64,000 nucleotides of DNA from a bacterium (GTDB taxonomy: Bacteria; Zhuqueibacterota; Zhuqueibacteria; Residuimicrobiales; Krinioviventaceae), in NCBI GenBank assembly GCA_963693055.1, contig OY843751.1:4512001-4576000 (forward strand), given 5' to 3'. The notes under the pieces were generated by a model. The model saw nothing but the letters and a program-made list of their open reading frames with translations. It ran no database searches and was not told the origin of the DNA. The position numbers were made by a program, and so were the translations under genes. Positions within the stretch are counted from its first letter, which is position 1, and the number at the start of each line of letters is the position of its first letter. Of this stretch, positions 8,796 through 18,266 are shown piece after piece.

Positions 8796-9810
8796 ATTTC
8801 GTATAAATCATTTTTCTAACCTGGGTAACCTGATTGGTGTCTAGCTTGTAAAAATACAAGCCGGCAGAAACAGAGTTCCCCATACCGTCTTTTCCATCCC
8901 ACATGTAGGAATAATATCCAGTAGACTGTTGCTCATTGGCAAGTTGAATAACCAGATCACCAATTGCATTGTAAACACTCAACCTTACGTGAGAATCAGC
9001 ACCCAATCTGTAACGGATCTGGGTTGATGGATTAAAGGGATTGGGGAAATTTTGCATCAGTTCATGTTTATCAGGAGTCGCATTTGCATCCACAGTAACA
9101 GAAATAGATTGATGTTTGTATTTCTGTCCATTAATATCAACAGATTCCAAACTGTATGTATAACTCTCGCCTGCTTTTACATTTGTATCGATATATTCAT
9201 AAGAATGACTGCTGGTACTGGTACCTGCCCCATCTATGATAATGGCATTCAATTGAAATTCACTTTGCCCTGAAATACTTTTGTAAATATTAAACCCAAG
9301 ATTGTTTAATTCTGCCTGGGTTGTCCAGTTAAGAACAACCTGATTGGATTGTATTTTAGCCTGAAAAGATGACAGTTCAACTGGCAAAGAAAAGTCACTG
9401 GGACCAAATTGCTGAGATGATCCACCACCAACAATAAAATCACGAATTTGACCACTTTCACCAAAAAAAGGACTTTCTGAATTTGTATTAAGAAACTCTA
9501 CTATAATATAATCACCCGGGTTCGCATTGGTAGAACCACCCGAACCATCAGAATAATATATCCACCCAGCTTCATATGTCAGCTCAAAACCCCATAAACT
9601 TGCATCTCCATTTGAAAAAACATATGTGTTGCTTGGATTTTTCTCAAGATATGCAGTAATAGTTATATCACCTGTTGCTGGCGCAGAATCATCAGAATTA
9701 TAAACATTCCCATATATTGTATAAGGTACCTGGGCTAATGCCAAAGTAGTGAAACCAATAAATAACAACAGAAAAATATTTATTAAAGTTTTGTAACCAA
9801 ATTTCATCAC
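8794..9810 (-). CDS. secreted protein, paralog of 5089..6105 (N-terminal beta-domain, LPVEL Ig, FlgD-Ig/Por-type tail)
   Basis: YNSDxSAPxTGDIxITAYLxKNPS shared with 5089; LPVELSSF; QNFPNPFNP…SAGLYFYKL…RKMIYTK; start GTG 9810 or ATG 9807 after GAGG. Confidence 0.85.
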   Translation of the reverse strand: MMKFGYKTLINIFLLLFIGFTTLALAQVPYTIYGNVYNSDDSAPATGDITITAYLEKNPSNTYVFSNGDASLWGFELTYEAGWIYYSDGSGGSTNANPGDYIIVEFLNTNSESPFFGESGQIRDFIVGGGSSQQFGPSDFSLPVELSSFQAKIQSNQVVLNWTTQAELNNLGFNIYKSISGQSEFQLNAIIIDGAGTSTSSHSYEYIDTNVKAGESYTYSLESVDINGQKYKHQSISVTVDANATPDKHELMQNFPNPFNPSTQIRYRLGADSHVRLSVYNAIGDLVIQLANEQQSTGYYSYMWDGKDGMGNSVSAGLYFYKLDTNQVTQVRKMIYTK

Positions 9811-9863
9811 TCTACCTCATTTTTGTTAATATATGAATAAACATATAATTTTAACCTACCTAA

Positions 9864-9879
9864 ATCAAATATTATGCCG
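9864..9879 (-). promoter_or_regulatory. putative sigma54 promoter, GA variant
   Basis: minus strand CGGCATAATATTTGAT (GG-N10-GA), about 55 nt upstream of the start, similar spacing to the 5024 site. Confidence 0.45.
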
Positions 9880-10129
9880 AATTCAAATAAAACTCAAAAA
9901 ACACATATTCAATTATAGATTATGCGTATCAATTCTAATAAAAATCCAGTATAAAAATAAAATAACAGCCGAAATATGGTAATAATTTCCTTTTTAAACA
10001 GCCCAAATGAAATAATAAAGGTTAAATCTAAAAAACATTTATAAACACAAAAAAACAATGGTTAAAAACAGGTGTACCGGGTAAAAAGGTTGCAGTTTAG
10101 GAAGAATTTATTCTATAGGGTTAGAAAAG

Positions 10130-11452
10130 CTAATTCTTGTTATGATGGTTGATAATTACAGGTCTCTTACCAGAAGAAAGCTTGGGGATTGTTTTTACAT
10201 ACTTTATTTGAATATTGGCATCTCCTCCTATTAATTTTGATAGATTTTCAAGAATAACTGCTTTATTATTAAAATCTGGTTTTACTATTAACAAAAGCTC
10301 AAAGTTTGTTTTATCATGTTGAATAAATTGATATTGATTTATCTGCTCACTATAATCACGAAATGCAAGCGCTTCAAATATTGCAGCAGGATTCACCATG
10401 CTTCCATTAGTTGCAATTATATAGTCATCTTTTCTTCCTACAATTTGTTTAATTGCAGGCATATGAGGATGACAAAGATCTTCCTTGCCCACCCATTCCG
10501 CAAGATCACCAATATCATAACGGATCAAAGGTACAGCAAAAGAATTAAAATCCGTAATAACGATCCTTCCCAGCTCTCCGGGATCTACCGGCTCATCACT
10601 GTCCAATTTCAATAATTCCAGATGATAGCTGGGGAAATTCACATGATAATGTCCACAACGTATACACTCGTGAGCAAGTACACCGGTTTCCAGTGTTGCA
10701 TATCGATCATGGACATTACAACCAATAACAGATTTAAACAGTGACCGCATTGACTCTGTAATAACTTCCGCGCTGGTCACAATATTTTCCAATGCAAATT
10801 TATCTGGCGTATCTCCCTTTTCCTGGCAATACATGACTAGAGGTAAAAAACTGGATGGATAACAAACCATGAACTTGTGCTTTTTTGATAATAAAATATT
10901 ACGTCCATTTTCCAACCACTCTTCATCTATTTGGGAAGGTATAAGCATAACACTGTTTTGCATAAATAGAGCCAATTTGCTTTTAGGATGTATTCGAATC
11001 TGCAGAAATGGATCTCCCAAAATATAACCAGCCTTTTCATTAAAGAACAATACTTCGGCATTTTGCCTTTTAAGTTTATTCTTTGTAAAATGAATTTTAA
11101 ACGGCTCACCACATGATCCACTTGTTGAGCGCACTGGCAATTCTTCAGACTTGAATTGGGATGATAAAAATTGTTGATAATTTTCTCTTATTTGATTTTT
11201 GGGGAGAACTGGGAAATCATTCAGACTTTTATAGCCGGAAAATGATCTGTAGTATTGAGTAGTATTAACAGCGTGGTCAAAGAGTCTTTGGGTCAATAAT
11301 GATAAATCATTAACATGCTCATCAGGATTATTAAACTTTTTTTCAATATCCTTATAATTTTCAAGTAAGAGTGAACCTTTAAAAAAATCATGTAACAAAA
11401 ACATATTTCGTCTTGGAGAAAAGAACGCCCTATATCCTTGTTGCTTTTGCAT
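10130..11452 (-). CDS. phenylacetate-CoA ligase family / CapK-like adenylate-forming enzyme
   Basis: STSGSCGEP, DRYATLETG, PLIRYDIGD, GRKDD, SGK motifs. Confidence 0.85.
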   Translation of the reverse strand: MQKQQGYRAFFSPRRNMFLLHDFFKGSLLLENYKDIEKKFNNPDEHVNDLSLLTQRLFDHAVNTTQYYRSFSGYKSLNDFPVLPKNQIRENYQQFLSSQFKSEELPVRSTSGSCGEPFKIHFTKNKLKRQNAEVLFFNEKAGYILGDPFLQIRIHPKSKLALFMQNSVMLIPSQIDEEWLENGRNILLSKKHKFMVCYPSSFLPLVMYCQEKGDTPDKFALENIVTSAEVITESMRSLFKSVIGCNVHDRYATLETGVLAHECIRCGHYHVNFPSYHLELLKLDSDEPVDPGELGRIVITDFNSFAVPLIRYDIGDLAEWVGKEDLCHPHMPAIKQIVGRKDDYIIATNGSMVNPAAIFEALAFRDYSEQINQYQFIQHDKTNFELLLIVKPDFNNKAVILENLSKLIGGDANIQIKYVKTIPKLSSGKRPVIINHHNKN

Positions 11453-11577
11453 ATTAACTCCTATTTACAAGAGCAGGCACAACACTATTCATCTAATATA
11501 AGAAATTCTTGTTATTACACAAGTTATATTCACATTTTTCACTAATTCTTTATAAAGTAAAAGAACAGATACAATCA

Positions 11578-12450
11578 CTACATTTTGGCGCCAAAAGCCT
11601 TTTTTAAAATCACTTTTAATACTGGTCTTAGAATAGGGGTTATTTTGAAAAAAGCAGGAATTTGCACTTCATCAAATGTTAAACTCTTTTTGTATACCCG
11701 CAAGCTGTCTTTCATATGAGATACCTGACCATGCACAAGTGTATGAATACCAGGTGATTTTTGACAAATTTTGATCATGTGATAATGCAGACCAATACTC
11801 AAATAACTGGGTAAAGCAAAGGTATGAAAGTTTGCGGATTCCAAATATGCAATTCCATTTACAGCAACAATTTCTATATACCCACCTAGCCTGCCGTCAA
11901 CAAAACCTGCAAGCACCAGATGATTATTTTTTCCATCATTAATATAATTGCCACATTTGGGTAAATATGTTTCTTTAGATTGGGTATTCATGCGTCCTAT
12001 ACGATCACTGCTGGTCTTGTAAAGATCAAAACCTTCATTGTATAAAACATCCTTGTCTAAAAGTTCAACAAAGTCGCATTTCTTAAAACTTCGTCTAATC
12101 TGACTTCTGCGGTTTGAAGACAAATCATCAATGCTGAAATTCTCCAGTTTTTCACCAGTTATCATATGCAAATGATAATTTATGTTTGCTTTATCCTGAT
12201 CTTTTATAGACAAAGCAGATCGAATACCCCATGTGGCAAGATTGGGAAATTGGATTTGTTCCAAATCATTTTTGGAAAATAAATGTGTGGTCTGATAAAA
12301 TCCTTTTTTTACCTTTAACCAATACTGCCCATTTTTTTCAACAATTGGTTTATTCATAGAACGCAACCAATTGGCATATTCTTTTTCAGTAAAAGATACC
12401 AGCTCTACAGATTCTATATCTTTGTAAAGCATGTCATTTGAAAAGCCCAT
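11578..12450 (-). CDS. putative GNAT/FemAB-like fold protein
   Basis: LSSNRRSQIRRSFK segment and LAGFVDGRLGGY…SLRVYKKSL pattern resembling Fem/GNAT acyltransferases; weak. Confidence 0.55.
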   Translation of the reverse strand: MGFSNDMLYKDIESVELVSFTEKEYANWLRSMNKPIVEKNGQYWLKVKKGFYQTTHLFSKNDLEQIQFPNLATWGIRSALSIKDQDKANINYHLHMITGEKLENFSIDDLSSNRRSQIRRSFKKCDFVELLDKDVLYNEGFDLYKTSSDRIGRMNTQSKETYLPKCGNYINDGKNNHLVLAGFVDGRLGGYIEIVAVNGIAYLESANFHTFALPSYLSIGLHYHMIKICQKSPGIHTLVHGQVSHMKDSLRVYKKSLTFDEVQIPAFFKITPILRPVLKVILKKAFGAKM

Positions 12451-12485
12451 ATCATACTACCATTTCTTGTAAAAAAACATGTTTT

Positions 12486-13793
12486 CTATAACCGGGTTTT
12501 ATTCACTATTGCAGGACATTTCCCGGAAGGCAATTCTTTAATTTTATTAACATATTCTATTTTAAAATTAATATTTTGCCCCAACGTTTTATAAATATTT
12601 TCTTTCATGTAAGCCTCCTGATTAAAAGAATCTCCTTTGACAATATAGAGCATATAATCAGAAAGGGTTTCCTGCACAAATTGATATTGAATAATATTCC
12701 TCAAAGATCCCGATGCATCTTCAATAATCTCCTGAATTGTAGCCCAATTAATGATATCCCCATTGGGCCTGTAGACCATGTCATTTTTTCTTCCAACTAT
12801 CTCTTTTATTTTTGACACAAAAGGATAATCAAAATAATCTTTTTCCATAAATGCAATATCACCAATATCATATCGAATTAGCGGCATTACATGTGAATTC
12901 AGATCAGTAATTACCACGCGTCCGGGTTCTCCTGGTTCGACGGGTTCATTACTGTCCAAAGATAAAAGCTCTACCGCATGAGAAGCCACATTAACATGCA
13001 AAGCATCACAATTTTTACAATCATGCGCTACAATACCCAATTCTTCAGTAGCATACCGATTATAGATTCGCACCTGAAAAAAATCTTCAAATGATTTCAA
13101 TAAATTTCGAGAGACTGGTTCCGCAGTACAAATCACACCTTTTAACGAACAATGAGCGTGATTAAGGCCTTTCTTTTTGCAATACGCAATGATTGGCGCA
13201 ATTACGCTAGGCCATCCAATAAGAAACTGAATATTACCAGAACTCATCAGTTTAAATTGCGTTTCAAGCCATTCATCATTCATAATTTTAGGATCAATGA
13301 CTTTGGTATTAACTTTCCATAGATCAAATTTATCAAATTCTTCAGTTCGCACTTGAGCAAACGGCATTCCCAATTTGTAACCTGCCAGTTGATTATAAAA
13401 CAAAACTTCAGCATGTCTTCTTTCTTGTTTGTAATTTGAAACAGGATATTCAAAAGGTGTACCAGTCGATCCACTGGTATATGCCAGAGGCAATTCTAAA
13501 TGTTTATAGGTTTCCGAACGAAAAGAGTCATATTCTTTTTTAAGCAAGTTTTTGTTAATTACCGGAAAATCAGTAAAATTCTTAAATGCTACCAAAGATC
13601 TATAATAGGGTGTTGTTTTAACTGCATGATTTAGCAAATTGTCTAATTTCTCTCGAAAAGGAACAATATTATCTTCAGGATGATAATAGTAACGATGCAA
13701 TTCATCCATATGCTTTTTAAACTTGCCACCTTTGGCAATATCCAAACCCCAGAAAGCGGTTCTTCTTATTTGACTCTTTAATAAACCAATCAT
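12486..13793 (-). CDS. phenylacetate-CoA ligase family / CapK-like adenylate-forming enzyme
   Basis: TSGSTGTP, NRYATEELG, MPLIRYDIGD, GRKND, PSGK. Confidence 0.85.
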   Translation of the reverse strand: MIGLLKSQIRRTAFWGLDIAKGGKFKKHMDELHRYYYHPEDNIVPFREKLDNLLNHAVKTTPYYRSLVAFKNFTDFPVINKNLLKKEYDSFRSETYKHLELPLAYTSGSTGTPFEYPVSNYKQERRHAEVLFYNQLAGYKLGMPFAQVRTEEFDKFDLWKVNTKVIDPKIMNDEWLETQFKLMSSGNIQFLIGWPSVIAPIIAYCKKKGLNHAHCSLKGVICTAEPVSRNLLKSFEDFFQVRIYNRYATEELGIVAHDCKNCDALHVNVASHAVELLSLDSNEPVEPGEPGRVVITDLNSHVMPLIRYDIGDIAFMEKDYFDYPFVSKIKEIVGRKNDMVYRPNGDIINWATIQEIIEDASGSLRNIIQYQFVQETLSDYMLYIVKGDSFNQEAYMKENIYKTLGQNINFKIEYVNKIKELPSGKCPAIVNKTRL

Positions 13794-15025
13794 TTATTCA
13801 AACTTTTTCTATGGTTCGCTTCTAACACTTTAACAAATTCATCGCCCAGCTTGTCTCGCGAAAATTGTTCTTCCGCAAGTACCCGTGAACGTTTACCCAT
13901 TTCTTCTCGTTCTGTTTTTGAAACGCAAAAAGCTTCAACCGTATTTGCAAAGTCAACCGCATCATCCGGAGTACATACCTTGCCGCATTTTTGTTCCGTA
14001 ATCATATCCGCCAACCATCCCGGATAATTATTCAACACGGGCAATCCGCTGGAGATATAATCAAAAAACTTGTTGGGTGACGTACCGTAATAAAACTCGG
14101 GTATATTTGACAAAATCATCAACCCCACATCAAAACGTGGCAACAACTCTGCCAATTCTGTTTTACGTACACGCCCTACCCAGGTAACATAATCTGACAG
14201 CCCTTCCTTTTCAGAACGTTCTACAAGCTGTTCTTTGAGTGCTCCAGTCCCAATAAATACAAAATGGACTCCGGTTTTTCCGCGTCTTTTCAATTCAGCA
14301 ATGCAATCAAGTACAGCATCCAATCCATTTGCCCTGCCATGTGCGCCGGTAAACACAAACCTCACATCGCCAGGTTTGCCATATTGAGGTTCAGGCGCAT
14401 TTTTTGGTTTGGGCTTGAACAAATCCAAATCGCAACAATTGGGTATCATACTTGTTTGTTCTATGGGATACCCGGTACGCGTAATACCTTTTTGAATACC
14501 GGGAGCCAATGCAACAATATGTTTGGAAGCACGGTAGATGGAATGTTCCATATTTATCAGAATTCTGCGTGCAATAGGATTTTTCATTGCACCCATTGCA
14601 AATATCAATTCCGGCCAAAGATCACGCACCTCAAACACAAAGGGGACCTTTAATTTTCTGGCAGCCCTTTTGGCTGGTAACCCCACGGTTAATGGAGTTG
14701 ATGTAGCAAAAATAAGATCTGGCTTTGATTCCAGGATTTTCAAATACGTGTAAACCGCAAATTTAAAAAATTCAAGTGCACGTTGAAAAAGATTCATACT
14801 GTTTGAATACTCGGAATGGATGAGTTTGACGGAAATGCCATCAATATCTACAACAGAGTTGTTTTTATTATACCGCAATCGTTCATCCAGATTGGTAGAA
14901 TATGTTGAAGTAATCATGGTTACTTTATGCCCATGAGTAATTAATTTTTTTGCCCATTCATAAGAACGAATTCCATGGCCACCCACAGGTGTTGCGAAAT
15001 ACTGATGAATATAAACGACATGCAT
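13790..15025 (-). CDS. glycosyltransferase family 4 (WbuB-like)
   Basis: YIHQYF, FVFEVRDLWPE, SPNKFFDY motifs. Confidence 0.9.
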   Translation of the reverse strand: MHVVYIHQYFATPVGGHGIRSYEWAKKLITHGHKVTMITSTYSTNLDERLRYNKNNSVVDIDGISVKLIHSEYSNSMNLFQRALEFFKFAVYTYLKILESKPDLIFATSTPLTVGLPAKRAARKLKVPFVFEVRDLWPELIFAMGAMKNPIARRILINMEHSIYRASKHIVALAPGIQKGITRTGYPIEQTSMIPNCCDLDLFKPKPKNAPEPQYGKPGDVRFVFTGAHGRANGLDAVLDCIAELKRRGKTGVHFVFIGTGALKEQLVERSEKEGLSDYVTWVGRVRKTELAELLPRFDVGLMILSNIPEFYYGTSPNKFFDYISSGLPVLNNYPGWLADMITEQKCGKVCTPDDAVDFANTVEAFCVSKTEREEMGKRSRVLAEEQFSRDKLGDEFVKVLEANHRKSLNK

Positions 15026-15043
15026 ACGGTTACTCTTTTTTTA

Positions 15044-17086
15044 TTATAATTGAATCAATTTAATTATTGATTGCGAATCTACATCGTGAATCGTTAAGCC
15101 CTGTTCAGCTTCCGAAATACTAATTTTATCAGATGGGGCAATAACAGATACAAACTTGACAGGCAAATCAGAACCGGTAGTGATCTGCATAGCAGCAGAC
15201 TCGTGATTCGAACCATAATATAAAGATTCAAATCCTGCGGGCTCTTTTAAAGATCCGGTCAATATTGAGTATTTCGCCTGAACCGATGTTTTTGTGTATA
15301 ACAACAAGTTACTTTCACCCACTTTTAAATTAGCAAAATTTGAGTTAAATTCAAAATTATTAACGCCAAACTGCCAATTTAATTGTAAATCATGGTAACC
15401 TGTTCCGGTTAAATGATCGGTAACAATCCATAAATCTAAATCTTTATAAAATTCTACACTTCTCCTGTGAACAATATTGCCGCCCAAACGCCTGTAACCA
15501 TAATGTTCGCCCGCAAAGAATACACGGTTGCCCCGTTCAATATATTCTACTTTACCGGTTTGAATCCAGTCAAACCAGATAAAACGGGGACCAGCAGTCA
15601 TTTGATCCAGATTGTCCACAGATATGGTATTATGCGCATTGGTTCCGGAGAAAAAATGCTCAAGTGAACCCGAATTGTTGTACAGATACGAGCCCGAATC
15701 TCTAAATACATTAATTCCTCTAAACCAGATATCAAGATGTAAAGCGTCAGCATGACTTGGACGCGTTTTATAATGATGACAACGCAACAAGCCGTGACTT
15801 GAAGCGCCACGGAATGAGAAATATCCACCCGCAGGAAAAGCGAAATTGCCCTGTGGCTTTTGTGCAGCATCTACAGATACAGCTTGCTCACCAAAAAACC
15901 AGACCAAATCTTCATCCCAGGGACCTTCTGTATACAACTTTTTACTCGTCAGCAAGTAATGCGCTGCTTGTATCACAGGACGATAATCGAGATAATCACA
16001 AGAATTCAAAGGCATGATAACTGCGCCATCATTGGGCCCGTAATTGGGGACCCGCCCTGTTTCAATATCCTGGAACTGATACAGAAAATCTGTGGCTTTT
16101 TCCACTTGCCGAAGCAATGCGTCGCTGAACCGGTCATGGTTTAATTGAGCAATTCGTATTGCCCAGATCATAGTCTGAAGCATTAAACGATGATAATTCA
16201 TGGAATGTTGAATATATGCGCCATCTGCAAAAATTTGCTTTAATGCAATACGTTCAAAAATACGCTTACCTTTTCGCTTCCAGATTTTTGCGCGCTTAAA
16301 CTGCGGAAAAATCAAACCCACAGTATAAATACCCATAGACTCGGTCAATGCATGGTTCGTACGTGTAGAGATAGCATATTGAATATTCTTTTCAACTCGT
16401 TCAGCATGGGTGCCTATGGCTTTGAGTAATTTTTCCAAATTCTCATCCGTACTTGCAGGATGTTCAAAAAACGCAAAAAATGCAAAACACAGGGCCATCA
16501 TACGAATTGATGTTTCCTGTCCGCAATAATAATGAATACCCTGATTCGGGGGATTCGCCTCATACCAGTCTGTAAAAAGCTCCCAAAATTTTTCAACATA
16601 TTTACTGTCACCCGTTGCCGCAAATGCCCGTACCAGTTCATAAGTCCATGCAAAACGAGAGGCTTCCCACACATATTTTATGTCGCCAAATTCAGGGTCC
16701 AGATCCTGTATGGCAGTCCAATGCACATTGGGATTCGCCCGTTTTCCGGTTAATGGATTTAAAAACCAATCCGGTTTTTCTCCCATATCCATTTCATGTT
16801 TAAAGAAATAGAGAAATCGGTTTTGTAAAACTTTATCCGCACGTTCTAACATTTTATAACCATGTACGCTGGGCACCTGGCCTTTTTCAAAAAAGAATTT
16901 ACCAATACTCGCATAAAAAGATTGAACATCCCTTGCAATCAGATCAACTAATCCAAAGCTGTTCCAGGGGCGGATCTTGAATTTCTTTTTCTGTAATCCG
17001 GTTTTCCTCTCCAACGCGTAATAAACCCGAAATACAAGAAAAGGAATACCGTAATATTTTATTATCTGTGATAGATTTTTTAGCAT
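15044..17086 (-). CDS. heparinase II/III family protein (polysaccharide-locus type, no clear signal peptide)
   Basis: DIKYVWEASRF, TNHALTE, QHSMNYH, PNYGPND, HADALH, DSGSYLYN, AHNT. Confidence 0.85.
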   Translation of the reverse strand: MLKNLSQIIKYYGIPFLVFRVYYALERKTGLQKKKFKIRPWNSFGLVDLIARDVQSFYASIGKFFFEKGQVPSVHGYKMLERADKVLQNRFLYFFKHEMDMGEKPDWFLNPLTGKRANPNVHWTAIQDLDPEFGDIKYVWEASRFAWTYELVRAFAATGDSKYVEKFWELFTDWYEANPPNQGIHYYCGQETSIRMMALCFAFFAFFEHPASTDENLEKLLKAIGTHAERVEKNIQYAISTRTNHALTESMGIYTVGLIFPQFKRAKIWKRKGKRIFERIALKQIFADGAYIQHSMNYHRLMLQTMIWAIRIAQLNHDRFSDALLRQVEKATDFLYQFQDIETGRVPNYGPNDGAVIMPLNSCDYLDYRPVIQAAHYLLTSKKLYTEGPWDEDLVWFFGEQAVSVDAAQKPQGNFAFPAGGYFSFRGASSHGLLRCHHYKTRPSHADALHLDIWFRGINVFRDSGSYLYNNSGSLEHFFSGTNAHNTISVDNLDQMTAGPRFIWFDWIQTGKVEYIERGNRVFFAGEHYGYRRLGGNIVHRRSVEFYKDLDLWIVTDHLTGTGYHDLQLNWQFGVNNFEFNSNFANLKVGESNLLLYTKTSVQAKYSILTGSLKEPAGFESLYYGSNHESAAMQITTGSDLPVKFVSVIAPSDKISISEAEQGLTIHDVDSQSIIKLIQL

Positions 17087-17087
17087 A

Positions 17088-18245
17088 TTATTTTAACAAT
17101 TTAGTATAAAATTCTCTCAAGTTCTGTTCACAAATGCCCCAATTGTATTTCTCAATAAATGCACGCTGTCCATATTCAGCCATTGAGCGGGTCAATTCTT
17201 CATCATCTACAATTTTTAAAATAGCATCAACATATGCTTTTATATCATCTGCCGGAACAACCAGACCCACGTTTTCATCTTTAACAAACTGATAACTTGA
17301 CGGCATATCAGATGCAACAATGGGAACTCCTTGCGACATGTACTCAAAAAACTTTGTAGGCACATGAGACGGCAGCACATATTCTCCATGGTGCTGCAAT
17401 AAACTAAGACCAACGCCGCCTTTGCGTACAAATCCCGGTAGTTCCTGACCGGTCATATGCGGCACAAATTCAATCACCTCTTTATATTCAGGTTTTACCA
17501 GTTTTTCATTCATGGCATCTTCATGGTACTGAGACCAAAATCTTTTGGTGACTAAAACCTTCATTTCAGGACGTCTTTGCTTCAATTCACGCGCTACATC
17601 CAACAAAACCAGTGATCCACGTACAGGACTCAGAGTTCCGGTATGGATTACCGTATTTTTGCGTTCTTTAAGCAATTCTTCAGTCACCGGTTCAGGATTA
17701 AAATCTTCAAGTGACGCAAAGTTGGGAGTCCATACAGCCGGGCATCCTAAACGTGAAAATCGTTTAACGTGTTCCATATACACCGCAGAAACAGACCCGC
17801 AAACAACACCGGTAAATGTTTCTGCCAGCCAAACCATACCCGCTACCAACCAGCGAAGCGGTTTAAAATCCGGAAATTTCAATGGAATTTGACGTGTGTA
17901 AAATTCGTGAATATCATAAACCACGGGCCGCCCGCTTATAATTCGAAGCCAGGGTGCAAATATCAACAAATCCGGATCATGAAAATGATACACATCCGCT
18001 TTTTGCTGATACGCAAGCCGTGTGATCCGGTAAAGGGTTTTAATACGTTGTTTTAAACCTTTCCAGCGCTCATAGCCAATGACTTTAACACCTTCCTGTT
18101 CATAACTGCCGGTTTCCGATACTGCTATTAATGTAACATCCATGCCGAGATTTACCAATGAACGACAGTGCCGGTTAAACACACGTACGTCTCGTGATCG
18201 ATGGATGGTAAAAACACAAATTTTTTTGTTTAATTTTTCACCCAT
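17088..18245 (-). CDS. glycosyltransferase family 4
   Basis: DVRVF, YHFHDPDL, YDIHE, PTKFFEYMSQGVPIVASD. Confidence 0.9.
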   Translation of the reverse strand: MGEKLNKKICVFTIHRSRDVRVFNRHCRSLVNLGMDVTLIAVSETGSYEQEGVKVIGYERWKGLKQRIKTLYRITRLAYQQKADVYHFHDPDLLIFAPWLRIISGRPVVYDIHEFYTRQIPLKFPDFKPLRWLVAGMVWLAETFTGVVCGSVSAVYMEHVKRFSRLGCPAVWTPNFASLEDFNPEPVTEELLKERKNTVIHTGTLSPVRGSLVLLDVARELKQRRPEMKVLVTKRFWSQYHEDAMNEKLVKPEYKEVIEFVPHMTGQELPGFVRKGGVGLSLLQHHGEYVLPSHVPTKFFEYMSQGVPIVASDMPSSYQFVKDENVGLVVPADDIKAYVDAILKIVDDEELTRSMAEYGQRAFIEKYNWGICEQNLREFYTKLLK

Positions 18246-18266
18246 AACTATCCAATTATTCTTATA

